Below, one piece after another: positions 8,192 to 16,579 of a stretch of 64,000 bases of DNA (the stretch's first letter is position 1; every line of letters begins with the position of its first letter). The stretch comes from Candidatus Binatia bacterium. Lineage in GTDB: Bacteria; Vulcanimicrobiota; Vulcanimicrobiia; Vulcanimicrobiales; Vulcanimicrobiaceae. The translations under genes were made by a program, and so were the position numbers. The notes under the pieces were generated by a model, which was given only the letters and a program-made list of their open reading frames with translations, had not been told where the DNA came from and ran no database searches. The DNA lies in the NCBI GenBank assembly GCA_035544215.1, contig DATKHY010000003.1:697878-761877 (forward strand). Reading direction: 5' to 3'.

Positions 8192-8593
8192 TTAGGCTTT
8201 TTCGGCGAACTTCCAAGTTGCTGTAATTTTGAGACCCGCCGTCGATGTTGACTCGCCGGTAAGAAGAACGGGAACGATTGTCGCCCGCCCCTTCAATTCA
8301 AAGCCGAATGAAATTTCGAGTTCAAGCTCGCACGGCCTCAGGGTCTTGGCAGCATCGTGGACCTTCAATCCGATGACTCGGACGCCTTCGTTAACTACGC
8401 GAGCAGCCTCGTCAAAAACATTCGTGGCCGTCACCGCGCGGATGTGTGACTCGTTTGTTACAGGAAGGGCCTGGCCGCTGACGCGAAAGTAAACTATCGC
8501 GCTGCCGATCTGCTGAGCGATTAGGTTGGGCTGTGCAGCTGTAGGCTGGGTCTGCTCCCGTTCACCGCCAACCGCCGTTCGAATCTTACCCAT
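8192..8593 (-). CDS. Trypco2-like (CU044_2847-type) small protein, partner of the trypsin-STAND gene
   Basis: ORF track gives 8192..8617; ATG 8593 has GGAGG 10 nt upstream. The stop is 9 nt before the STAND start. The C-terminus ELELEISFGFELKGRATIVPVLLTGESTSTAGLKITATWKF matches my memory of the trypsin-co-occurring domain 2 pattern. Confidence 0.7.
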   Translation of the reverse strand: MGKIRTAVGGEREQTQPTAAQPNLIAQQIGSAIVYFRVSGQALPVTNESHIRAVTATNVFDEAARVVNEGVRVIGLKVHDAAKTLRPCELELEISFGFELKGRATIVPVLLTGESTSTAGLKITATWKFAEKA

Positions 8594-9010
8594 AGTGACT
8601 ATGCCTCCGAGTATCAAGGTTTGACTTCGTCAATGTTACAGCCGCGGCGAAGGATCCACAATCCGGTGAGTTGCCGTTAGGCGCAGTTTCGGGAAACCTC
8701 ATTCGGCATGGGATGTCTTCACCGCTTTGGCCGAAGTCAACTCAACAGCGACACAGGTCGCGAAGCGAGACCACGCGGCCAGCACCAACGTGCCCGCGAA
8801 GCAGTGGGACGAGATGGCCTCCGAGCAAGCCGCAATCCATCGCACCCTCGTCGCTTTACATCTGAGTCCGATCGAACCCGCAGGCGTGCTTGATGACCGG
8901 CTAACTGTCCAGGACTGCACGGAATTGGGGGTAAGAAGGATTGTCGATCGAGGGCGGAGCGCGGTAATATGAACCGGAGCCCCGACCTTGGGGCCCCGGA
9001 GGTCCGTGGT

Positions 9011-9733
9011 ATGATCACACGCTATGCCATCCCAGCGGGGCTCTTCGTGCTTTCGGCAGCCCTGCCCGTTGCGAGCTCCGCCGCGACGATCGCCCAGATT
9101 CGCGGCAGTCCCTCCAGCTATGCACCGGTCATCGTGGCTCAGAACATCCCTCCGTCGCCTGCGCCGCGGCCAACAACTCAGCTGCTGCCGGCTCCTGCGA
9201 CCACTTCCAAGATTCAGGCCGCTGAGGCGAATCTGCGGCACCTCTCGATTCTAAAGGGTGACTACTTCGGCGCTCCCACACCGATTGCGGGTCCTATTCC
9301 CCTGCCCAACTTTTTCGTCTTCCTCAGCCGAGCGTTTTGCATCCCACCTGCGACGGCAGTCCCGGTGACGTCGCCGTGGTATACGGCGGCGGTGCTCGCG
9401 CTCAACCGCGTTGCATCGGTCGCAGCGCCGCAACGGGTTTCACAATTGCCTCGAACCATTACTCGCGAGCAAGCCGCAGTCGACACCGTGCGAATCGCGA
9501 CCGCGAAGCATGCTATTCAATACGGCGCGTTGCCTGGACGACTCCCGGATTTTGCCGATGAATCGTCGATCGCGCCGGCTGCGCAAGATGCAGCAAAAAT
9601 GGCCGTCTTTTTGCATCTTCTCTCGGTCGGCCCCGATAACCGGTTCAATCCTCAAAGCCCATTGATTACGGGGGATACGTATCTATTGCTCAACGCGGTT
9701 AAAGTGAAGACGGGAAACAATCCATGCACGTAG
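9011..9733 (+). CDS. Secreted protein, possible SLH-like C-terminal domain
   Basis: ORF track gives 8969..9733; ATG 9011 is preceded by GGAGG. Signal peptide is MITRYAIPAGLFVLSAALPVASSAA. The C-terminus LPDFADESSIAPAAQDAAKMAV...GPDNRFNPQSPLITGD resembles an S-layer homology motif (weak). Confidence 0.55.
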   Translation: MITRYAIPAGLFVLSAALPVASSAATIAQIRGSPSSYAPVIVAQNIPPSPAPRPTTQLLPAPATTSKIQAAEANLRHLSILKGDYFGAPTPIAGPIPLPNFFVFLSRAFCIPPATAVPVTSPWYTAAVLALNRVASVAAPQRVSQLPRTITREQAAVDTVRIATAKHAIQYGALPGRLPDFADESSIAPAAQDAAKMAVFLHLLSVGPDNRFNPQSPLITGDTYLLLNAVKVKTGNNPCT

Positions 9734-11874
9734 CGCAACGCGCATTCCTGACCTTCGTAGCGATCATGTCGTTCACGATGATGCTGGCACGGAGCGGAAC
9801 GGTCGATCGCACGTGGCACAGCATCGGTCCCGGCTCCATTAACGCGCCTAAGTACGGGTGGGCGAGCGGACGCGTATCGCAGTTGATCGTCGACGATGAT
9901 GGAGCTCTGGTCGTCGCGACCGCAAACGGTGGCATCTGGCGACGTGCCGCGAGCGACCAAGGGTGGTCTGAGACCAACGCTGGACTGCAGTCGTTGGCGT
10001 TCGGGGCGATCGATCACCGCAGGAAGCTCTACGTTGCGGCAACCGGCGAAGATCACAACTGCACCGACTGTGCCTTTGGGGAAGGGGTCTACAAGAGCAA
10101 CGACGGCGGCCGTAGCTGGACCTTCCTCCCCCGGTCACCGCCAATGCGAGCAGCGGCGATACGAATAGGATCGAGCGATGGACAAGTGATTTGGCTAGCC
10201 GGTTCTACCGGCCTTTGGGAATCGATCAATGGAGGCACCTCCTGGAGTGAAAGCGCACACGACGGTGGAACAGAGTTCATCGATCCCACATCGGTACTCG
10301 TCCTTCCAGGTGACAAAACGGTCATCGTCGGCGATCGGACGGGATTATTTCGAAAAACCAAAGACGATACCGACTGGAAGCTCTTGAATGTCAATCCCGT
10401 TGCCGACCTGCAGCAATATGACTCCGACACGGGCGTTGAGAGCGCGCTTGCGGTCGCGGAAAGTGATCCATCTGAGATCCTGGCCAGTTTCGTGGTATCG
10501 AACACTAATTACGACTACGGTTGCCTGGCGGGACTCTTCATTAGCCACAACACGGGAGACACGTGGACGCAAATCGACGTTGACGACTATGCGAACAGCC
10601 AGAACTTCTATACGCACGTCGATCCCACTGACTCCTCCGTTGGGTGCCAAGGCTGGTACGATGATGCTGTCGCGATCAACCCCACGAACCCGCAGGACAT
10701 CGCCGTTGGCGGATTAACGATTTTTCGATCGTTCGATGGCGGCCGGAGTTGGACGAATCTCGCTCGCGCAAATGGCATCCACCCGGATGTCCACACGCTT
10801 ACGTACGACACGACCGGAGATCTCTATGCGGGGGAAGATGGTGGCGTGGTGGAATTCCCAGCCAATGGCTCTCCGCTAAATCTCAATCAGCATCTAGCAA
10901 TCACGCAATTCTACGGCGATGCGTCGCTGAGTGGCGATGGCACGATCGTCGACGGAACGCAAGACAACGGCACCACTGCCATCAGGGGTACGCTCCAGAG
11001 TCTTGCGCAAGCGCCCACGCCAGCTTGGACGGGGGTTTTCGGCGGCGATGGAGGCAATACGATCATCGACCCGCATGATAGCCAAGCCATGTATGCTGAG
11101 CATTACAATGGCACCCTCTTTTCAACCACAGATGGCGGCGCGAATTGGAAGTTCATCGGTCCCCCGGTAACGGCCGTCGACTGGGTCATGCCATTTCTCG
11201 TGACGACGGATTGGCAAACGATCCTCGCCGGTGGCGATAATGTGTATCGCACAACCACAGGAGGCCAAGGCGGTTCGGCGTGGACTTCGCTTGGACCGTG
11301 GGCTGAACCATCTCCGCATACCTCCGCCGATCCATACATAACGGCCCTCTGGGCGTCGAGCGATGGGAAAATGATAGTCGCTGGTAGGACCGACGGCCAG
11401 CTCGCGAAGATGGCTACGACATCACAATGGTTGAAACCGCCGCAGACTATCGGCAGCGGTCGGATCGCGAGTATTGCGGTCGACCCGCGGGATCACCGTC
11501 ACGCCTTCGTAAGCCTTGCCGACCCCAGTAGATGTAGTATCGAGGAGACCGCCGACTTCGACGCCGTCGCTTCTCAATGGAAAGACGTCACAGGAGATTT
11601 GAAAGATTGTAAGCCGATCGCGCTACAAAAATACGATTGGTTCGACACGAGAACGGCGGCCCTGGCATTTCTCTCCGATCGACTGTTTGTAGGAACGGAA
11701 AGCGGTGTATTCGAGGAAACCAGCCCATCACACTGGTGCCTCCTAGGCGATGGATTGCCGCACGTACCCATCAAGGCGCTTCTCTTCGTGCCCCCTCAAT
11801 CGCTTGTGGCATTTACGCACGGGCGTGGTGCGTGGTACCTAAGTGACATCACCATGCAATGTCAAGTGAGGTAG
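9724..11874 (+). CDS. BNR/Asp-box repeat beta-propeller protein (sortilin/GH74/Ycf48-like)
   Basis: 716 aa with repeated S-x-D-x-G-x-(S/T)-W boxes: SNDGGRSWTF, SINGGTSWSE, SHNTGDTWTQ, SFDGGRSWTN, STTDGGANWKF. The N-terminus is hydrophobic. It overlaps the upstream gene by 10 nt. Confidence 0.8.
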   Translation: MHVAQRAFLTFVAIMSFTMMLARSGTVDRTWHSIGPGSINAPKYGWASGRVSQLIVDDDGALVVATANGGIWRRAASDQGWSETNAGLQSLAFGAIDHRRKLYVAATGEDHNCTDCAFGEGVYKSNDGGRSWTFLPRSPPMRAAAIRIGSSDGQVIWLAGSTGLWESINGGTSWSESAHDGGTEFIDPTSVLVLPGDKTVIVGDRTGLFRKTKDDTDWKLLNVNPVADLQQYDSDTGVESALAVAESDPSEILASFVVSNTNYDYGCLAGLFISHNTGDTWTQIDVDDYANSQNFYTHVDPTDSSVGCQGWYDDAVAINPTNPQDIAVGGLTIFRSFDGGRSWTNLARANGIHPDVHTLTYDTTGDLYAGEDGGVVEFPANGSPLNLNQHLAITQFYGDASLSGDGTIVDGTQDNGTTAIRGTLQSLAQAPTPAWTGVFGGDGGNTIIDPHDSQAMYAEHYNGTLFSTTDGGANWKFIGPPVTAVDWVMPFLVTTDWQTILAGGDNVYRTTTGGQGGSAWTSLGPWAEPSPHTSADPYITALWASSDGKMIVAGRTDGQLAKMATTSQWLKPPQTIGSGRIASIAVDPRDHRHAFVSLADPSRCSIEETADFDAVASQWKDVTGDLKDCKPIALQKYDWFDTRTAALAFLSDRLFVGTESGVFEETSPSHWCLLGDGLPHVPIKALLFVPPQSLVAFTHGRGAWYLSDITMQCQVR

Positions 11875-11935
11875 CGACCACAGTACTCTAATAGGTGTCA
11901 CCTCACCGAGCCTGAGTTATCGTCCGAATTGTCAC

Positions 11936-12259
11936 TCATCTGCTGACGCCTTCAGACGTCCCAGATTGCGCGGTTCCGTGACAATCAGGAGTGCTTCGTG
12001 GTATCGGCGGGGGTGGGGGCGGTGGAGGCGCAACCGGGTCGATTACTTGCGCATGCTTGGGCTTGTCATGCGGCTTGCCCTGACAACCTGAGTTTGGTGG
12101 CGTTGGCGCGGGCGCAGGCGTCACTTGCTCAATCTTTTCTATGGGCACGTAGGGATCAGCGACCGCAAATATGACATCCCTAAAGCCAGTCCCATATTTT
12201 TGGCCACGGGACATCATACACGATGCTAAAACTCCGGTGAAACACAATTCAAATAGCAA
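11936..12259 (-). CDS. Hypothetical Pro-rich small protein
   Basis: 107-aa ORF downstream of, and co-directional with, 12284..12844. It contains PAPAPTPP and PPPPPPPPIP tracts. No recognisable domain. Confidence 0.3.
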   Translation of the reverse strand: MLFELCFTGVLASCMMSRGQKYGTGFRDVIFAVADPYVPIEKIEQVTPAPAPTPPNSGCQGKPHDKPKHAQVIDPVAPPPPPPPPIPRSTPDCHGTAQSGTSEGVSR

Positions 12260-12283
12260 CTTAACCGTCCTCGCGGTGACCTT

Positions 12284-12844
12284 CTATTTTAGTATCGTGA
12301 TCGTGTAGACGAACTTGATGTATAAGTAGAAAAAGACTAGGCTGACCGTTAGTATCAGCAGCCCGATCGAGGCGGACTGTATTTCGACGCCCTTCAGATT
12401 CGCCGTAAACGTGCTCACGTCAGCAGCTGCCTGGGCTTTGGCAAGCCATACGCCCTTCAGAAACTGCAAAATCGAGAGTGCCAAGCCAACAAAGACTACA
12501 ATCAATACGAATACCAAAATGACATAGCCCGTGCCACGCTGGGATTGCAGCGCTGCGACATTTGCCTTCTCCTTGATAAGCTGCTGCTGGTAATACGGCG
12601 TGGCAAAATCCCGCCAGTACGACGTTTGAAACTGATCGTAAGCGCGGCCGACAGTAGGGGGTATTGCAGGAGTCGCTACCGGAGAGTTAGCGGGTTGTGA
12701 CCCCACATATGACGGCACGCTAACAACAACATTGTCAACAGAACCACGCCGAGCGCCGAGGACTGATGCATTCGCAAAATCTGTCTCCTTGCGGGTCTTA
12801 GCGCGTTCAGCATGACTGAATCTAGCTATTCGGGTCAGAAGCAA
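12284..12844 (-). CDS. Hypothetical 2-TM membrane protein
   Basis: 186-aa ORF (TTG start, uncertain) in a low-GC stretch. C-terminal helices are GYVILVFVLIVVFVGLALSILQF and ASIGLLILTVSLVFFYLYIKFVY. Confidence 0.55.
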   Translation of the reverse strand: MLLTRIARFSHAERAKTRKETDFANASVLGARRGSVDNVVVSVPSYVGSQPANSPVATPAIPPTVGRAYDQFQTSYWRDFATPYYQQQLIKEKANVAALQSQRGTGYVILVFVLIVVFVGLALSILQFLKGVWLAKAQAAADVSTFTANLKGVEIQSASIGLLILTVSLVFFYLYIKFVYTITILK

Positions 12845-13045
12845 GTAGGCCCTACCTCGAGGCCAGAACGTCCCGATCTGGTACCTTACGTGATCGTTTG
12901 CTTACTCAACAAGCAAACGCACCGGGCCTGCTGTCTCTTGCAAAGCTTCCACCCGCATGCTAGCCTCAGTGGTGAGGCCATTCGGCCTTCCAGTCATCGT
13001 CCTTCCCGGACTGCGCCTCGTTCTGAAGTCTGCTAGGAGCCTCGC

Positions 13046-14695
13046 ATGCTTCGTCGTTTGCTCGCTGTGTTGGCGCTCGCGGCAATCCTCGCTACGCTCT
13101 TTTCTCCTAGGCGGGCGGACGCGGGATGGGTCTGGGACGGGCATACTTGGACGGTCGCGATCGTGTCCGCGATTGGAGCCGCTGCAGCTGGATACTTTCT
13201 TGCGTACGAGTCCGCCATGCTCCGTTCAAAAGGCAGTGTCAAACAGGGTGAGACTGTAATGCGCTTGACGCTTTTTGGCTCGCCCAAAAGCATCGCGCCT
13301 ACCCCCGATCCGCGACAACTAACCCTACAAGCCTTGCGCGGAATCGTCATGGCTGATATTGCCTACGAGCTTACTGCCCCTAACATCAATCCCGTAACGC
13401 AGATTCATTGGCGCACAAAATTCGAAACGCTGCGGAGTTGTTGGAATACGGCGCTAGTCACGCCGCCGACCCCCGTGCCAAGCCCCTCCGCTTCGCCCAC
13501 GAGCTCATCGACGAGCTCCCCCAGCCCAACACCTAAGCAATCAAAGAAACAGAGCTCGTCCAAAAAACCGAAGGGACAGAAAACGGCCGGCCCTGGCACC
13601 AACCAAACTACCTACACGGGGCTGAGGCTCGTCGTCGCGTACGACCCCACGCGTCTTGGGACAGACACCGGGCTAGCGACCGGCCAGGTCGGCTACGCCG
13701 GATCGCCAGCTCCGTCTCATCACCCTTCCTCTCAACATCCGAAGAAAAAGCGCACCCCGACGACAAAACCTAGCCATTCCCCAAGCCCGTCGCCATCGCC
13801 ATCGCCGTCGCCGTCGCCGTCGCCGAGTCCCTCGGCGACGCCGGCCAAGCCAACCTGTAACGACCTCTTTAACGATGTTATGGATTCGTACAGCGGCGAC
13901 ATCAAAAAAGCCAATGTGCTAGTTGCTTCGTACTCTCGCCCAGCACCCGGCTCCGGCAAGAGTTCGCCAAGCCCCTCGCCTCTGAGTTCGGCCGATGCGG
14001 AGGCACTCGCGTTTCGGCTTCAGACGCAAATCGACACCACGGACCTCGCAGCTTACCTCTCGACGTCACCAAGTCTGCTGTCCCAGGTCGTCAATCAAAA
14101 TGTCGGCTCGTACGTCACCGACGACTATGTGCGCAATCTGTTTCTGGCAACGGCGGCCATTAAATTCATTAATACGCTTCCCACGCCGACGCCCACGCCA
14201 ACGCCGACTCCAAGGCCGGGAACGAAGAATATAAGCCTTCCACCGATCCTTTCGCTGCTCCAGCCGGTGGCTTCGGACTGCCCTGGCGTCAACGCTATTA
14301 CTTCGGGTTTAAAGTGCTTGAACGATGTGAGCTCCATCGAAGTCGCCTTCGCAAACGCGCATATCCAGCGCGAAGCGTGCTACTGGAGCAAACACGTAAT
14401 CATGCCAACCTACAGCGACATCGAGCTTTGGGCGCAGCGGCGGGGGCCTTACGAGGAAACCGGTGCGGCCATTCTGGGAAGGAGTGCTGGCAGCACGCCG
14501 CCGCCGACCCAGGCGCTGATCACAGTCAACCTCGGCGACTTCCCAGGCAGCCTTAACAGCATCGATCCGGGCAGCGTGTACATCAACGGCCTGTTCACGG
14601 GAGGATCATACGAGCCGACGTCTTTGCAGGCCGTGGATGCAATGAACGCCATCAACGCTGATATGACCGTTCTCACGATGCCATCGGGTTGCTGA
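13046..14695 (+). CDS. Secreted/membrane-anchored Ser/Pro/Thr-rich protein
   Basis: 549 aa. The signal MLRRLLAVLALAAILATLF is followed by a second hydrophobic helix (VAIVSAIGAAAAGYFLAY). It has long SPSPSP and PTPTPT linkers and a folded C-terminal part. No known domain recognised. Confidence 0.7.
   Translation: MLRRLLAVLALAAILATLFSPRRADAGWVWDGHTWTVAIVSAIGAAAAGYFLAYESAMLRSKGSVKQGETVMRLTLFGSPKSIAPTPDPRQLTLQALRGIVMADIAYELTAPNINPVTQIHWRTKFETLRSCWNTALVTPPTPVPSPSASPTSSSTSSPSPTPKQSKKQSSSKKPKGQKTAGPGTNQTTYTGLRLVVAYDPTRLGTDTGLATGQVGYAGSPAPSHHPSSQHPKKKRTPTTKPSHSPSPSPSPSPSPSPSPSPSATPAKPTCNDLFNDVMDSYSGDIKKANVLVASYSRPAPGSGKSSPSPSPLSSADAEALAFRLQTQIDTTDLAAYLSTSPSLLSQVVNQNVGSYVTDDYVRNLFLATAAIKFINTLPTPTPTPTPTPRPGTKNISLPPILSLLQPVASDCPGVNAITSGLKCLNDVSSIEVAFANAHIQREACYWSKHVIMPTYSDIELWAQRRGPYEETGAAILGRSAGSTPPPTQALITVNLGDFPGSLNSIDPGSVYINGLFTGGSYEPTSLQAVDAMNAINADMTVLTMPSGC
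13777..13834 (+). repeat. In-frame hexanucleotide (TCGCCN)n microsatellite encoding (SP)n
   Basis: ccaagcccgtcgccatcgccatcgccgtcgccgtcgccgtcgccgagtccctcg encodes SPSPSPSPSPSPSPSPSPS. A second (ACGCCN)n tract encoding PTPTPTPTP lies at 14183-14212. Confidence 0.7.
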
Positions 14696-14759
14696 CAGCG
14701 TTGGAGCGTTACAAGATGAGAAAGTCATACATTACGACCGCTATAAAAGGGGATTCATC

Positions 14760-15551
14760 GTGGGACATGCATTCTTGCCTCTTGATGTTACAGCGGCTGC
14801 GCAGACGCCTGGTACGGCAACGTGGCCTAACTTTACGGGCACTCCTCAGCTCGTTGGGTCGAGCACCAGCGGTCGTGTAACGGTTTACATTGATGCATCA
14901 TATCCTGATGCGATGCAGAACGCCACGGACCTTATCCACGATGCCGATCGCGTCGTTACGGCCAACGATGGGATTTTCGGGACCAGCGGCTCGCCCGTCA
15001 ATGTCCTTATATGGCAGCTAAACGGAAAAAACGACGGCACCGGCGGGGCGGACCACGCATCCTGCGACTACGCGGCGGGGGCTAATATTGAGGTTTGCGC
15101 CTCTATAGGCGCCTCAAACCGCGTTTCGGCGCTTTTTGAGGCGGAGTTGAGCGAGTGCTCTATGGGCGGCAACCTCTGCGGGGTGAGTACCGGTGAGACC
15201 CTCTCACGCTGGTGCTCGGCGGTGATCGGTAACAACGCGCTCCCCGACTTCGTCAGTGCTCCCACGTGGGCACAAGATGGAATGCCCAACTGGGTCGACC
15301 AAACAAAGCAGAGCGACCAGGATTACGATAGCATCGGCTGCGGGATGGCCTTCTTGTCATGGTTGATGCACAGGGGAAATTATTCTCTAAGTTCCATTGC
15401 TCGCGCGATGGTCTCATTGACAGCTTCGGGGACGCTGGCACAGCTTTACGCAGGTTTGAGCGGCGACGCGGCAGGAAACGCCTGGCCCACCTTTTCTACC
15501 GCAGTCAATGCTCTACCCAACGACGTCGTCAACGATGATCCGTTCGGTTAA
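14760..15551 (+). CDS. Hypothetical Cys-rich protein, no signal peptide, immediately upstream of GH25 lysozyme
   Basis: 263-aa ORF (GTG) with conserved-looking Cys pairs (ASCDY, EVCAS, SECSMGGNLCG, RWCS, IGCG). No domain recognised. It lies 64 nt after 13046..14695 and 75 nt before the GH25 gene. Confidence 0.6.
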   Translation: MGHAFLPLDVTAAAQTPGTATWPNFTGTPQLVGSSTSGRVTVYIDASYPDAMQNATDLIHDADRVVTANDGIFGTSGSPVNVLIWQLNGKNDGTGGADHASCDYAAGANIEVCASIGASNRVSALFEAELSECSMGGNLCGVSTGETLSRWCSAVIGNNALPDFVSAPTWAQDGMPNWVDQTKQSDQDYDSIGCGMAFLSWLMHRGNYSLSSIARAMVSLTASGTLAQLYAGLSGDAAGNAWPTFSTAVNALPNDVVNDDPFG

Positions 15552-15626
15552 AGCGACACAGCGATAACATTCTTTGTTACGAATACGCTGCACTTCCTCA
15601 ACCTTAAGAATAGGAATCACAACATC

Positions 15627-16250
15627 GTGATCTACGGCATCGATGTCTCCGGATGGCAAGAGAACATCAACTGGCAGCGAGTGCCAAACTCGCAGATTAA
15701 GTTCGTTTTCGCCAAGGCCACCGAAAGCACGGACTACTACAGTAATCAGTTCCATCAGCAGCATGACGGCGCCAAGCAGTTGGGGATACCGTTTGGAGCC
15801 TATCACTATCTCGACGTTCGGGTCGACGGCGGGCAGCAGGCGGAATACTTTTTGCAGGCGATCGACGGGTATCAGGGACAGCTACTACCCGCACTCGATA
15901 TTGAGGAAACCCACGGTATGTCTGCGGACGGCGTCGTCAATTGCCTCGCGGCATTCTTGAAGGTGGTCGACGCGACGCTGCAAGGCAGGAAAAGTTTGTT
16001 TTACACGTTTTTCTCATTCTGGAACGACACCATGTCGGGGCGCGACGACTTCTCCGGTCATCCGCTGTGGATCGCGCAGTACCCCATCAGGTACACGGAA
16101 GCGATGCAGCCGGCAATTCCTAAGGGCTGGAAGAGCGCTGCAATTTGGCAGTACGCGGATACAGGCGACGTTGCGGGCATCACCGGCATTACCAAGAGTC
16201 CCGACATGGACCGCCTGGTCGGCGACGATCTTTCGCTAATTTCTAGATAG
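15627..16250 (+). CDS. Glycoside hydrolase family 25 lysozyme (muramidase)
   Basis: IYGIDVSGWQENINWQRV...FVFAKATESTDY...GIPFGAYHYL...LPALDIEE are the classic GH25 motifs (GIDVS..Q, KATEG-like, GAYH, D-x-E). There is no signal peptide (endolysin-like). Confidence 0.9.
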   Translation: MIYGIDVSGWQENINWQRVPNSQIKFVFAKATESTDYYSNQFHQQHDGAKQLGIPFGAYHYLDVRVDGGQQAEYFLQAIDGYQGQLLPALDIEETHGMSADGVVNCLAAFLKVVDATLQGRKSLFYTFFSFWNDTMSGRDDFSGHPLWIAQYPIRYTEAMQPAIPKGWKSAAIWQYADTGDVAGITGITKSPDMDRLVGDDLSLISR

Positions 16251-16259
16251 CGCGGAGCG

Positions 16260-16556
16260 TCAAAACGTATATGGAACCGTGTTGCTCGCGGCGCTGGCGT
16301 TGTCGCCCTGCAGCAGCACGCCCACTTGGACCGTTTGCCCTTGCTTATAAATGGCGCCCGCGCCATTCACCGCGGGAATGACAAAGACGATTTGATTCTC
16401 CTTCCACGATACGAGTGCGGCGACACCGTCGTCGAGTTCAGCCACATCGGTTATACTTCCGATAAGATTGGCCCGACGCGGTTTTATCGCTATAAGCCCA
16501 GCTGATTCGCCGGGGGCAATCAGCTCGCCGTTCCAGCTAGCTGTCGGATTCGTCAT
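16260..16556 (-). CDS. Hypothetical small beta-rich protein
   Basis: 98-aa ORF, 23 nt downstream of, and co-directional with, the 592-aa repeat protein. No known domain. Confidence 0.5.
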   Translation of the reverse strand: MTNPTASWNGELIAPGESAGLIAIKPRRANLIGSITDVAELDDGVAALVSWKENQIVFVIPAVNGAGAIYKQGQTVQVGVLLQGDNASAASNTVPYTF

Positions 16557-16579
16557 TTTGCGCCGAGTGTCTAACCGCG

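Noticed and set aside
8699-9241. 180-aa minus-strand ORF and overlapping short ORFs
   Set aside because: It overlaps the start of the secreted protein gene 9011..9733 in antisense and has Arg/Gly-rich shadow composition.
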